A DNA stretch of 64,000 nt, from the sequence record LC592711.1; one strand, 5' to 3'. Shown piece after piece: positions 48,707-58,237 of the stretch. The notes beneath the pieces are model-generated. The model did not search any database. It was not told the DNA's origin and saw only the letters and a list, made by a program, of their open reading frames with translations. Each line of letters starts with the position of its first letter. Position 1 is the stretch's first letter. The translations under genes and the position numbers were made by a program.

Positions 48707-49372
48707 TTACTCGTCGTTGTTGTATTGAGCGAAATTGACGCGGATCGGATTGGAGTGGTTCTTCGAATGGTGGTAATGCTCGATCACCGTACCCGCGAAG
48801 TCCAGGCGTTCAACTACGTTCTTATCGAAGCGCATGAACGTCATCTGGTAATACTGCTTTTCGGGGATGTCCTCGAACCCATAGCTCCGCTTGTTGATGT
48901 CTTCGACATCGGTTTTCGAAAAGAGAAGCAATCCCATCACGTTCTGGAACATGACGATGTAGCAGGACTGCTCCTCACTGATTTCCAACAGAGGATGTCC
49001 CGACATTTCCGCCGAGACAACATCTTTAACCTCCGCAAAGCATGGGGAGTAGAAATAAGGATAAACCTGTTTCTCATCCTCCTTCAATTCGTGATTCAGA
49101 TACCGCATGAAGAATGCGACATCGTCCACGACGATATGCTTCAGAATCTGAAAATCGACGAACAAGTCGTCCTGGTGTTTCCAGAGAATCGGATCTCCAT
49201 ATCCCTCCCCAAGAAACGTTTCCGGCTGGGGAATATCCGCCAGCTGGTGATACAGACCGCAAGCCAACTGATCAGCAGTGCGTTCGTCTTGCAAAATCTT
49301 GATGCGTGCCACTGCATCGCCGGCAGGTGTGCCGCGCATACGGTCTAGCAATCTCTTCAGTCCTGCGATCAT
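48707..49372 (-). CDS. Hypothetical protein
   Basis: 221-aa ORF in a tightly packed minus-strand run. Confidence 0.6.
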   Translation of the reverse strand: MIAGLKRLLDRMRGTPAGDAVARIKILQDERTADQLACGLYHQLADIPQPETFLGEGYGDPILWKHQDDLFVDFQILKHIVVDDVAFFMRYLNHELKEDEKQVYPYFYSPCFAEVKDVVSAEMSGHPLLEISEEQSCYIVMFQNVMGLLLFSKTDVEDINKRSYGFEDIPEKQYYQMTFMRFDKNVVERLDFAGTVIEHYHHSKNHSNPIRVNFAQYNNDE

Positions 49373-49376
49373 GTCA

Positions 49377-49787
49377 TTAGCCCTTGTATTGTTCCAGCTG
49401 CTGCGGCAGCCGATATTGGAAGAAACCGTTGTGCGACCCAGTGATTTCGATTTTCGAATCAGCCATGGCGCAATAGAACAGCCCGAAGTTGTGATTCAGC
49501 CATTCGTAAAACACTTCTTCTGCGATCCGCTGAGCGACCATCATTCCAGCCATGCCTCCCGTCACGTCTGGATTTTCCATACGGTAAGAATCCAGTTTGT
49601 GGCGCAGAGTCTTGTTCAATTCACGAATCGCATCACGACGCTTTCGTTCGCCGGTGTCCGCCACAATGACGAACTTATAGTCCTTGAACCGGGCACGTTT
49701 ATTATTCTGTTTATGCCGGTAAGCCATGATGCCAGACACAACTGCTGCAATTGCTCCGCTCATCCCGACATACATCATCGCGTCCAT
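49377..49787 (-). CDS. Hypothetical membrane-anchored protein
   Basis: N-terminal hydrophobic segment followed by a basic stretch. Confidence 0.55.
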   Translation of the reverse strand: MDAMMYVGMSGAIAAVVSGIMAYRHKQNNKRARFKDYKFVIVADTGERKRRDAIRELNKTLRHKLDSYRMENPDVTGGMAGMMVAQRIAEEVFYEWLNHNFGLFYCAMADSKIEITGSHNGFFQYRLPQQLEQYKG

Positions 49788-49920
49788 CTTTTCCTCATTT
49801 TAAAAAAGTTGTTATTGACCATTGGTGCTGGGGGTCAAACTGATGATATATTTCTTTAAAAAATTACAAGCTTAACGGCTGATTTTATGCTAACACCATC
49901 TTTCTGTACATAGGTTAAAA

Positions 49921-50676
49921 ATGAACTTTGATCTCACTAAGCTCGGTAATGCCTTGTCGGGTTTGACCGACTGGGTCAAAGCGGGCTTCACAACCCATGC
50001 GAGTAGGCTCGCTGCACTCGAAGGTAACAAGATTACCGTCGCGACTTTTGCTACGTTGCCGACAACAAACGTCGGTCCCGTGTTGGTCGCCGATCTCAAT
50101 GAGATCTGGACCTGGTCGGCAAGCGCTTACTATACGGGTTATCGCGCATTCGATTGCGGCGAACCTATTTTGTCAGCGAAAGCAACGCATTCGCCACGAC
50201 ATCTTGACCTCAATGGTCAAGGCGCAATCTCCAAGACGACTTACGCAAGTCTCTGGGGTTTTGCTAAAGAACAAGGTCTGGTGGTTGCTGCTGGTAGCTG
50301 GGCAGCAGGTCTCTACGCCTTCGTCGATCTGGGCGGAGACAACTTCCAACTGCCTGATCTACGCAATACGTTTTTCCGTGCAACCGGCACGAACAAGGAT
50401 ACGTCTACCGCACGAGCTATCGGTAGTTCTCAGGCAGATGCATTCGCTGCACACAACCACAATTACTTGACTGAAGCTGGAACGCCGACGTCGAATGACA
50501 TTCTGGTGTTTAAGGATGGTGGTGTGTCTGGCGACAGTTCTCCATGGACTCCGACGAGCGTGAATCAGACGAACACGATTCCGTCCAACAGCTATCCTGC
50601 TCCGGCTACCACAAGTACGGGCGGCACGGAAACGCGACCGTATAACACGGCATTTGCGCCACGAATCCATATTTAA
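49921..50676 (+). CDS. Short tail fibre with tail-collar-like domain
   Basis: LPDLRNTFFRATG...RAIGSSQADAFAAHNH...TGGTETRPYNTAF. Confidence 0.75.
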   Translation: MNFDLTKLGNALSGLTDWVKAGFTTHASRLAALEGNKITVATFATLPTTNVGPVLVADLNEIWTWSASAYYTGYRAFDCGEPILSAKATHSPRHLDLNGQGAISKTTYASLWGFAKEQGLVVAAGSWAAGLYAFVDLGGDNFQLPDLRNTFFRATGTNKDTSTARAIGSSQADAFAAHNHNYLTEAGTPTSNDILVFKDGGVSGDSSPWTPTSVNQTNTIPSNSYPAPATTSTGGTETRPYNTAFAPRIHI

Positions 50677-50686
50677 CGGCATAAGT

Positions 50687-50722
50687 CATAATCCACTCTC
50701 CCGCAAGGGAGAGTGGATTATG
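50687..50722. terminator. Hairpin between convergent genes
   Basis: cataatccactctccc-gcaa-gggagagtggattatg. Confidence 0.75.
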
Positions 50723-50727
50723 TTCGC

Positions 50728-51867
50728 TTAGTCGTCGAGATCGAATTCGAAGACTTTGCCGGAGTCGTCGCGGGTCACGGCATTCACCATGTACGCGACA
50801 GGAGGTGCTTCTTGCGGCGAAGCTTGCGTCTTGCGCAGATTGACGCGGCTGTTCATGTACGGCAGCGGATTATCCATCACCATCGGGAAGTTCACATCCT
50901 TCTCGATGCCAAGGAAGTACGCAACGTCCGTACCGCCGAAGTAGTTGAAGCGCTTGAGTGACGAAGGCGACATGCCGGTATGCTCATGACCGTCTTCATG
51001 CATCACATCCACCCAGCGGTCTTCGCCGGCGATTGCCTCGTTGAGCATCGCGACGATGACGTGCCGGTTGTTCTTGAACGCTTCACGACCACGATCGGTC
51101 GACAGGAGCGATTCGATGTTCGCCTTGCCAAACGGCACGTGGATTTCCACTTCGTCTTGTGCGATACGCTGCACTGCGTCGCCGATCGGCTGGAACAGGT
51201 TCATTGCACAGATGCCGAACGTAACAGCAAACGACGGCATGAACTGGCAACGTTCCATGATCAGGAGTGCCACGATGTACAGGAAGATCGCATCGTAGAT
51301 CTCGTAACGCTCACGATCGGTCAGCGGATACGTTTTCGGATCGAACTGGTACAGAGCCCAGCGGTGCGATGCGCAGTACGCATTGCCGAACACTTCGGCG
51401 ACGACCTTAAGACGCAAGTGAGCATCCGAATCGTTCTTGAACTGAGCCATGGCAGCAACCGGATCGTCGAACGATTGACGAACGATTTCTGCGTAGGTGC
51501 GAGCGTGGATCGACTCGTTATCCGAGATGCGCTGATAGCCGGTCCAGACTTCCGAGGACGAACAGACACCCGACATGATGCCTGAGATCGTCGAGGAGGC
51601 CACAGAATCCGTTTCCCACTGCCAGGCGAGGGTACGGATCATGTCCTTCGCGATGAGCGGATCTACAGTCTTAAATTCCACGCGACAGAGCTCGAATACG
51701 AACTCTTTTTCAGTCCAGTCTTGCCCGCGCAGCTTTTCGTAAAGCTCGTTCTGCTTGGGGTACTGGCGGTTGATAGTGTCCAGCAGACCACGCGGCTGGC
51801 CAAGAATGATCGGAGTCTTTTCATAGTCCGTCTTTGCGGCATTGAAAATGGCTTGGTTAATGGTCAT
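50728..51867 (-). CDS. nrdB: Ribonucleotide reductase class Ia beta subunit
   Basis: Di-iron ligands WETDSVA, NESIHARTY, MERCQFMPSF, DEVEIH; probable start MTINQ at 51867. Confidence 0.88.
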   Translation of the reverse strand: MTINQAIFNAAKTDYEKTPIILGQPRGLLDTINRQYPKQNELYEKLRGQDWTEKEFVFELCRVEFKTVDPLIAKDMIRTLAWQWETDSVASSTISGIMSGVCSSSEVWTGYQRISDNESIHARTYAEIVRQSFDDPVAAMAQFKNDSDAHLRLKVVAEVFGNAYCASHRWALYQFDPKTYPLTDRERYEIYDAIFLYIVALLIMERCQFMPSFAVTFGICAMNLFQPIGDAVQRIAQDEVEIHVPFGKANIESLLSTDRGREAFKNNRHVIVAMLNEAIAGEDRWVDVMHEDGHEHTGMSPSSLKRFNYFGGTDVAYFLGIEKDVNFPMVMDNPLPYMNSRVNLRKTQASPQEAPPVAYMVNAVTRDDSGKVFEFDLDD

Positions 51868-51934
51868 TTTGAAATTCGAGCCTATAAGGGGTGTTGAAAC
51901 TGGGACTACAGAATAGTCCCAGTCTCTTACTTTT

Positions 51935-54900
51935 TTACAGCGAACAACCTTCGCATTCCATGTGGCCATCGCCACCCGTCTGTTCAGTTTGGAACGTAAT
52001 GCCTTCCAGACCTGTGAGTTCTTCAGAAGTACTCAGCAGAACACCCTTCTCGCCAACAACGACCGATGTCATCGAGACAGGATCGTAGATGACGTCGCCG
52101 GGTTTTGGACCAGCTGCTTCGTGGACAGACTTCGAGATCTTCATCGAGTCTTCCGAGCCGGGCATGAGCGTGTTGATGTAGTAGCGCGTCTTCACGCCCT
52201 TTTCCACACGGTCCATTTCCGCTTCCACGATTTCCGTCGAACTCACTTCCAGGCGTTCCGTGAAGTCCAGATACCAGTCGGCCGAAATCGACTGATCGCA
52301 GAACTTCTGCGGAATTGCGTAGATGCTGTTCTGTTCCGGCAGGGTGAGTTCCCACATGCGCTGATACAGATACGCAGGATCGTCACCGTACGGTGCGGCC
52401 CAACGCAGCATGTTGTTCGCATCGCCCTTGAGCAACACGAGTTCGCGAATGCCGTAGATGCTGTTCGTAGCACCCAGAGCCTTCGAGGAGCTTTCACCCG
52501 GCATGAAGTTGATCAGGCAGCTGTGTGCCAGACCACCGTTTGCCTTGATCTGCTCGGAGACTTCGTCCCAGTCGTACTGGTATTCGAAGTTGGCCAGTGT
52601 GTCGACCTTCTTGCGATACGTCTTGAGCGGAGTCCAACCATCCGGCCATTTCGTACGCGCAATCCAGGGAGCCAGACCGCGTTCCTTGGAGATGGCGATC
52701 GAAGCCTGAATCGCGAAGTACAGGTGACGCTCGTACACGCGGTGCAGTTCTTGCAGACCTTCCGTGGAGTTGAACTTCAGACGCTTACGCGCCATGTGGG
52801 TTGCAACACCCATCATACCGACGCCAGCGTTCATGCGAGCCTTCGCAGTCACGCCCATGTGCGGCAGGATGTATTCGTTTTCGAGAATGCAGTAGTCGAT
52901 CATCTTGTACGCGTAGTACATGACGTCGGCATACTCGGCGTCCGACATCTCTTCCGTGATGTTGGTCGCAGCCAACGAACACAGAGCGACTTCCGGTTCC
53001 TTCTTGACGGAGAGGACTTGCTTGACCGTCAAAACGCCGTAGTCCTTGGAGTTGTGCTGCATGCCGACCTTGACCGACTGAGCAACCCAACGACCCGAGG
53101 GACCCGTGACGACTTCCGAAGCCTTGGAGTGGACATGATGTTCCATGCCGTTTTCGGCGACCGCGACCCACGATGCATGACCCACTTCGACTTCCGAGAA
53201 GAGATCTTTCATCGCGTCTTTGCCGTCGTACGGCTGAGTCGGCTCCGATACTTCCAGACACTGACCGGTCACGACGCCATTGAACATGGCCTTATGACGC
53301 TTCGGTTCGCTGAAACAGTACACCGAGTTTTCGACGCCGAGGTTTTCGATGTCGAGAATCGTCACATCGTCGTGTTCGCCAGCATTGCGCGGATCCTTGA
53401 ACGATGCGAGCTTGTCGCCACGTTTGAGGTCCTTGGTGCGAACTTCGGTCTCGACACCATCACGCATCACATACCACTTGTGATACGAAGTGCAATCGAG
53501 GAAGCCCTTACCGCCCTTCACGTAAACGCGCAGGAGCTTCTCCAGCGGGCTGGTTTGGCGAACAGTCACACGACTCCATTCGAAGCCGTTCCAGACCTCT
53601 ACGGAACGATCTCGGTACTCGGAGATAGCACGCTCGCCGTATTCCTTGGTGAGGATGATCGTGCCAGGCGCAACACACAGGTTCGACGAATGGATCGGAT
53701 CCAGGAACGGCGTGTTGCGGTTCATCTCGTCGATGGAGGCCGCATAGATCGTGCCGGTCTGAATACCTTGCTGAACTGCATGCACGACGATGTCGCGAGC
53801 AGGAGCGTAGTTCTTCTTGAAGTTCGGGTCGTCTTCGTACTTCTTGTAGATCTTCGCGAACAGCTGGATATCCGGGCCGTAGAAGGCTTCGTGAAGATCC
53901 GGCGCATTCTTGATGTTCCACGTGAAGATATCCTCTCCCTTGGCCATCTTCATGGTCAGGAAACGATTCGTCATGTACGCGTAGTGCGCATCACGGTTAC
54001 GAGCCGTGTCGGACGCGCGCGTATCACGCAAGCCTGCAATGACCTGAGCTTCCGGATCGAACAGGTTGAAGTACAACGTACCCGCACCACCACGACCACC
54101 CTGCAGATTCGCACGGATGTTCTTGCCGAAGGTGGCGATATACGGCAGCTTGCCGCGGTGAAGGAAACGACCCTTTTGAACCGGGTCGCCGATGGAACGC
54201 GTCATCAGGTTCGTGCCGATACCTGCGGACTGCGTCGTCATCATGTATGTGATGTGGTCTCCGGCTGCCAAGCTCCAGCGGCTGTCACCAACCGCGATCA
54301 GGCAGCAGCTTGCATACCCCTTGTGGTACGTGCCCAGATTGTTGTAGTTGGGCGTCGGTGCCGACAAACGTTTGTTCGAGAAGTGACGATAGATGCGAAT
54401 CACATGTTCCAGACGCGAACGCTTGGCGTATTCCGCATTTTCGAGCGGATAGCCGGGCATTGTTTCGGGATGCGACTCGAACAATGCCATCGCCATGCGC
54501 ATGTAGATGAACTGCGGCGTCTCGTACTCCGTCTTGGTCGAGAAATCCTGCAGCGCATACTTGAAGCGCAGCTGTTCGATTGCGAAGTGCGGATACGTCA
54601 GATCCTGGTCATGATTGACCGTGGCTTCGATGACGCTCCACTCGTATTCCGAGTAGTCCAGCTTGCGAGCCAGACCTGCCGAATGCAGTCGGTCTTGCAC
54701 TGCACGAACGAGAGGCAGTTCTTTCGTACCGAAGATTTCGATACGATCGAGTACAGCACGCAGTCGTCCTGCCATCAGGTAATGCGACCACGTATCACGT
54801 GCGAGCAGCGTGTCGATGAGTTTCTGCATCAGACGCTGAACGGTTACCTTCTTGGGAAGGTCGCGGACCGTTTCGAGAGCGATGCTGCTCCACTCGTCTT

Positions 54901-54994
54901 CAGCGACGCCGACGGCGTCCTGTACCCAGTGGTTCAGCTTCTTGGCGTCGAACTTTTCTTCTTCGCCCTTGAGGTTGATGACGGTTTCAATCAT
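51935..54994 (-). CDS. nrdA: Ribonucleotide reductase class Ia alpha subunit, intein-containing
   Basis: ATP cone, LSAPTP, YASCCL, HSSNL[intein]CLE, VALCSLA, GVGMMG, MPGESSS, KTRYY, C-terminal CEGC. Confidence 0.93.
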   Translation of the reverse strand: MIETVINLKGEEEKFDAKKLNHWVQDAVGVAEDEWSSIALETVRDLPKKVTVQRLMQKLIDTLLARDTWSHYLMAGRLRAVLDRIEIFGTKELPLVRAVQDRLHSAGLARKLDYSEYEWSVIEATVNHDQDLTYPHFAIEQLRFKYALQDFSTKTEYETPQFIYMRMAMALFESHPETMPGYPLENAEYAKRSRLEHVIRIYRHFSNKRLSAPTPNYNNLGTYHKGYASCCLIAVGDSRWSLAAGDHITYMMTTQSAGIGTNLMTRSIGDPVQKGRFLHRGKLPYIATFGKNIRANLQGGRGGAGTLYFNLFDPEAQVIAGLRDTRASDTARNRDAHYAYMTNRFLTMKMAKGEDIFTWNIKNAPDLHEAFYGPDIQLFAKIYKKYEDDPNFKKNYAPARDIVVHAVQQGIQTGTIYAASIDEMNRNTPFLDPIHSSNLCVAPGTIILTKEYGERAISEYRDRSVEVWNGFEWSRVTVRQTSPLEKLLRVYVKGGKGFLDCTSYHKWYVMRDGVETEVRTKDLKRGDKLASFKDPRNAGEHDDVTILDIENLGVENSVYCFSEPKRHKAMFNGVVTGQCLEVSEPTQPYDGKDAMKDLFSEVEVGHASWVAVAENGMEHHVHSKASEVVTGPSGRWVAQSVKVGMQHNSKDYGVLTVKQVLSVKKEPEVALCSLAATNITEEMSDAEYADVMYYAYKMIDYCILENEYILPHMGVTAKARMNAGVGMMGVATHMARKRLKFNSTEGLQELHRVYERHLYFAIQASIAISKERGLAPWIARTKWPDGWTPLKTYRKKVDTLANFEYQYDWDEVSEQIKANGGLAHSCLINFMPGESSSKALGATNSIYGIRELVLLKGDANNMLRWAAPYGDDPAYLYQRMWELTLPEQNSIYAIPQKFCDQSISADWYLDFTERLEVSSTEIVEAEMDRVEKGVKTRYYINTLMPGSEDSMKISKSVHEAAGPKPGDVIYDPVSMTSVVVGEKGVLLSTSEELTGLEGITFQTEQTGGDGHMECEGCSL
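53261..53677 (-). mobile_element. Mini-intein (139 aa, no endonuclease) ending in Gln, inserted before the catalytic Cys
   Basis: Starts CVAPGT, block B LDCTSYHKW, ends VYCFSEPKRHKAMFNGVVTGQ followed by C+1; removal restores SSNL-CLE. Confidence 0.88.
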
Positions 54995-55009
54995 GTCAGG
55001 TCCGATTGG

Positions 55010-55261
55010 TTAAGCGGTTGCTGAGTGTGCCCGGACAATCTTGGTGAAGTTCTGCGGCGTGAAGCCCGACATCCATTCACCATTGTCCTCGATCACCGGC
55101 AGCTGACGAAACCCCTTCTCGCGCAACATCTGAGCTTGATCCGGCTGCTCGGCGATGTTGATTTCCTGATATTCGATGGCTTTGATCGACAAAGCCTTCT
55201 TCAGGTTCTCACAATTGGGGCACGAATTGCTGCTGTAGACGATAACGGGGGCCATTTTCAA
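55010..55261 (-). CDS. nrdH: Glutaredoxin (NrdH-like)
   Basis: YSSNSCPNC, GFRQLPVI, WMSGF; directly upstream of nrdA. Confidence 0.82.
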   Translation of the reverse strand: MKMAPVIVYSSNSCPNCENLKKALSIKAIEYQEINIAEQPDQAQMLREKGFRQLPVIEDNGEWMSGFTPQNFTKIVRAHSATA

Positions 55262-55478
55262 ATACTCCAGGGTACTACTTCAGTTAATCGAAGGTGGTGC
55301 TAAAAATTAACGCATTTCGAAAATTGCGAACATAGGTCCTTGCCCTCCAGACGACTCAAAGTCCGTCTGGAGTACGCATTTTTTGAAATGTGTTTTCTCT
55401 CTGTCCAGAGTATAAAAGACCAAAAAAAATAAAATTATCAGAGTGGGAAAACCCACTCTGATACTATATTTCAGGTCC

Positions 55479-56066
55479 TTACAGATGCCTGAAATAGTCG
55501 TAATTCTTCGACGTGAGAGGCGTCACAATGGAAATGACGATCTTGAGTCGACAACCTTCGCCATGCTGTTTCTTGTTGTAGCTGGCCACAGCTTCTGCGG
55601 TAGTCAGTTCATCGCCAGATGTCGTGAGTAGTTTGATTTTGATATGGTTACGTAGTTTGCTCTTTTTGATATTGATGAACGTACCATGCATGTAGTAGAA
55701 CTTCTGCGTGATGACATCGATCGCTGCGTAGAGCTTCAGGTCATCGGGAGGAGTCAGCAGCCAGATTTGAGCCTGATACAGTACTGCGAAATGTTGTATT
55801 GCATGAGCGATCATCCATTTGCGCTGGTATTTAAGACCCTGACACATCTGAACGTAGATCTGTTCTACGATATCTTCGATCTCCTCATCATAGATCACCT
55901 TGTCGCGAGGTGAGATATGTTCATTTACCATCACGGCTGCGTCGAATTGTGACTTGATGGTTCGGCGTGCAATCCAATACCTGAAGGTAAGTGAGGTGAT
56001 CCGTATTGCGATCAGCGTCGTGTACAAACCAACGCAAAACAGAAAGAATTGTCCAATAGTTTCCAT
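55479..56066 (-). CDS. Hypothetical membrane protein
   Basis: N-terminal hydrophobic helix; visibly more AT-rich than neighbours. Confidence 0.55.
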   Translation of the reverse strand: METIGQFFLFCVGLYTTLIAIRITSLTFRYWIARRTIKSQFDAAVMVNEHISPRDKVIYDEEIEDIVEQIYVQMCQGLKYQRKWMIAHAIQHFAVLYQAQIWLLTPPDDLKLYAAIDVITQKFYYMHGTFINIKKSKLRNHIKIKLLTTSGDELTTAEAVASYNKKQHGEGCRLKIVISIVTPLTSKNYDYFRHL

Positions 56067-56139
56067 TGTTCTTAACCTTCATTGCAAAAAAAGATGACAT
56101 AACTACCATGGGGTCTCCCCCATGGTAGTCAGTCGATCG

Positions 56140-58230
56140 TTACTGGATCATGCGCAGCAGGATCGCCTTGTCGTTCATGTACGAACGGCTAGCTTCGATC
56201 ACGCGCATGTCAGCGGTCTGGATATAGAAGCGACCATACGCGTCGCCGTCCTTCGTGAGCAGATCTTGAGCCAGATCATGGAAGAACGGATTCGTTTCGG
56301 CCAGAATCTGCGATGCGACTTCAGGCACCATGTCGATGTCGAGGTTGTAGCCGACTTCGTTCAGGTAAATGAACTTGGTCGGCATCGACACGACGAACGG
56401 CTTCACGCCGCCGTTACCTTCAGGCAGCTGGGTCAGCACATAGATTTCCGCTTCCTGGTCGTAATGGAACAGGTTGCGGATTTCGCGCTCTTGATGCGTT
56501 TGAATTGCATCGCGATAGCCATCGCCGAACTTCTCGGTGATGTATGCGAACAGTTCCAGCCAGTCGCTCGTGAACGACGTGATCTTCAGCGAGTTGATCG
56601 ACAGATGTTGACGCAGGATGCGATTCACAGCCTTCGTCAGATACCGGTCAAGTTGCAGCCAGAGTTCCGGCGTGAGCTTCTTCGACAGGTTCTTCATCTT
56701 CTCGGCCAACTTCGTGAACGACGACACTTGACGCAGTTCTTCGATCAGGCCCGACTCGTCTTCATTTGCGATGAACGAATCGATGATCAATGCACGGCCG
56801 ACAGCGATTTCCACCGGATGGTAGGTATCGCCATTGGGCTGCTTGCGTTCTTGCGTGAAACGACGATAGTTCAGACGCACGAGCACGTCCTTCAGACCAT
56901 ACGACATGAAGGTGTGATCGGTGAAGTCCAGCCGGTTGTGATACGTGACCGTTTCTTCTGAACCTTCCACATTGAACTCTTCCGTCGGATTGAGGAGAGC
57001 TTCATGCATCTTGTTCAGTCGAGCGTTCACGCCCTGGCTGCTGTCGTCGAAACGTGCGAAGTCTTTCGGCGAGGTGCCAAAGGACATCGACGCGTGTGCG
57101 TAGTAGTCCACGATCTGATCCTTGTCGATGGTGCGCGGGATCACCACACCATGATCGATGTCCATTTCGTACATCAATTCCTGATTGTGGTTGAACACCA
57201 GCGGATGCGGATACTTCTGGCTCGGCACCCACGCATCCAGATTCTCATACGCCGAGAGCAGCGGGCCGCTGGTTCGAGCGCCTGCTACTTCTTCGCCGCG
57301 TCCCAATTCCTTGGTCTGCATGTTCTTCCCTTCTTGTTGTGCTTCACGAGCCAATGCGTCTTCGATGTCGCTATCGTCTTGCATGCGACCCGGCAGACGC
57401 TGAACGCGACTACCGCCCGACGACTCACGACGCAGCGGCGCTGCATCCTGATAACGATCGTCTTCACGACGGCTAACGCGCCGATCATCACGGTCGTCAT
57501 CCCGACGATCGTCACGGCGCGAGGACGTATCAGCATTGTCTTCGAAGCGATCGTCCTGGTCTGTATTACCGAACCGGTTTTCACGCGTTTCGAGACGACG
57601 ACGCGGAGAACCGCTTACGCCGCCACGAACTGCACCGCGATCCCAACGATCACGACGATTGCTACGGCTGCGGCCGCCGCGATCATCACGACGATCATCA
57701 CGATCATAATCGCGGTCCCGTCCGCGACCACGATCACGACCACCCGGAATGCGATTGCCGTTGCGACGATACGCTTCGATCGCGTCCAGATACTTCTTGA
57801 ACGTAGCGATACCACGATCGATATCGCGCTCGCTGCGACGTTCGACATATTCCATCAGTTCCGGATATTCGTCGCACGTGTAAGCGATATGCAGCATGAT
57901 GACGTCTTCGACACATGCCGGCACCGCTTCACGCGTATCGCGGAACTTGCCTTCTTGCATCGCAATGTCGATCACATCGCCGATCGTGCCCACGAGGTCT
58001 TCGAAGTCACGATTGCGATAGTCGTTGTCCGACATCATGTTGAAGTAATGAATGCGCAACTCGTTGTCACGAGCACGCTCCTGAATTACGTCGATGGCGT
58101 TATAGATGATGTCATCCATAATTTCATCGATGTCGCGCACCGGGTGGCTGAGTCGGACGGGGACGTCACCACGACGAAGGTTGATTTCCTGACCTTCGAT
58201 ACGCGTCGGAGAGAATTTGAGTCTAGCCAT
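56140..58230 (-). CDS. Conserved phiKZ-like hypothetical protein with an Arg/Asp-rich low-complexity region
   Basis: 696 aa downstream of the RNAP subunit; central RDRGRGRDRDYDRDDRRDDR tract. Confidence 0.65.
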   Translation of the reverse strand: MARLKFSPTRIEGQEINLRRGDVPVRLSHPVRDIDEIMDDIIYNAIDVIQERARDNELRIHYFNMMSDNDYRNRDFEDLVGTIGDVIDIAMQEGKFRDTREAVPACVEDVIMLHIAYTCDEYPELMEYVERRSERDIDRGIATFKKYLDAIEAYRRNGNRIPGGRDRGRGRDRDYDRDDRRDDRGGRSRSNRRDRWDRGAVRGGVSGSPRRRLETRENRFGNTDQDDRFEDNADTSSRRDDRRDDDRDDRRVSRREDDRYQDAAPLRRESSGGSRVQRLPGRMQDDSDIEDALAREAQQEGKNMQTKELGRGEEVAGARTSGPLLSAYENLDAWVPSQKYPHPLVFNHNQELMYEMDIDHGVVIPRTIDKDQIVDYYAHASMSFGTSPKDFARFDDSSQGVNARLNKMHEALLNPTEEFNVEGSEETVTYHNRLDFTDHTFMSYGLKDVLVRLNYRRFTQERKQPNGDTYHPVEIAVGRALIIDSFIANEDESGLIEELRQVSSFTKLAEKMKNLSKKLTPELWLQLDRYLTKAVNRILRQHLSINSLKITSFTSDWLELFAYITEKFGDGYRDAIQTHQEREIRNLFHYDQEAEIYVLTQLPEGNGGVKPFVVSMPTKFIYLNEVGYNLDIDMVPEVASQILAETNPFFHDLAQDLLTKDGDAYGRFYIQTADMRVIEASRSYMNDKAILLRMIQ

Positions 58231-58237
58231 TTTCTAA

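Noticed and set aside
51962-55024. 1020-aa plus-strand ORF antisense to nrdA
   Set aside because: Mirror frame of a well-supported gene; no recognisable motifs.
56140-58230. 696-aa protein as the sigma-like gp68 subunit of nvRNAP
   Set aside because: No motif support; its position after the gp123-like gene does not match where I recall gp68 lying. Left hypothetical.
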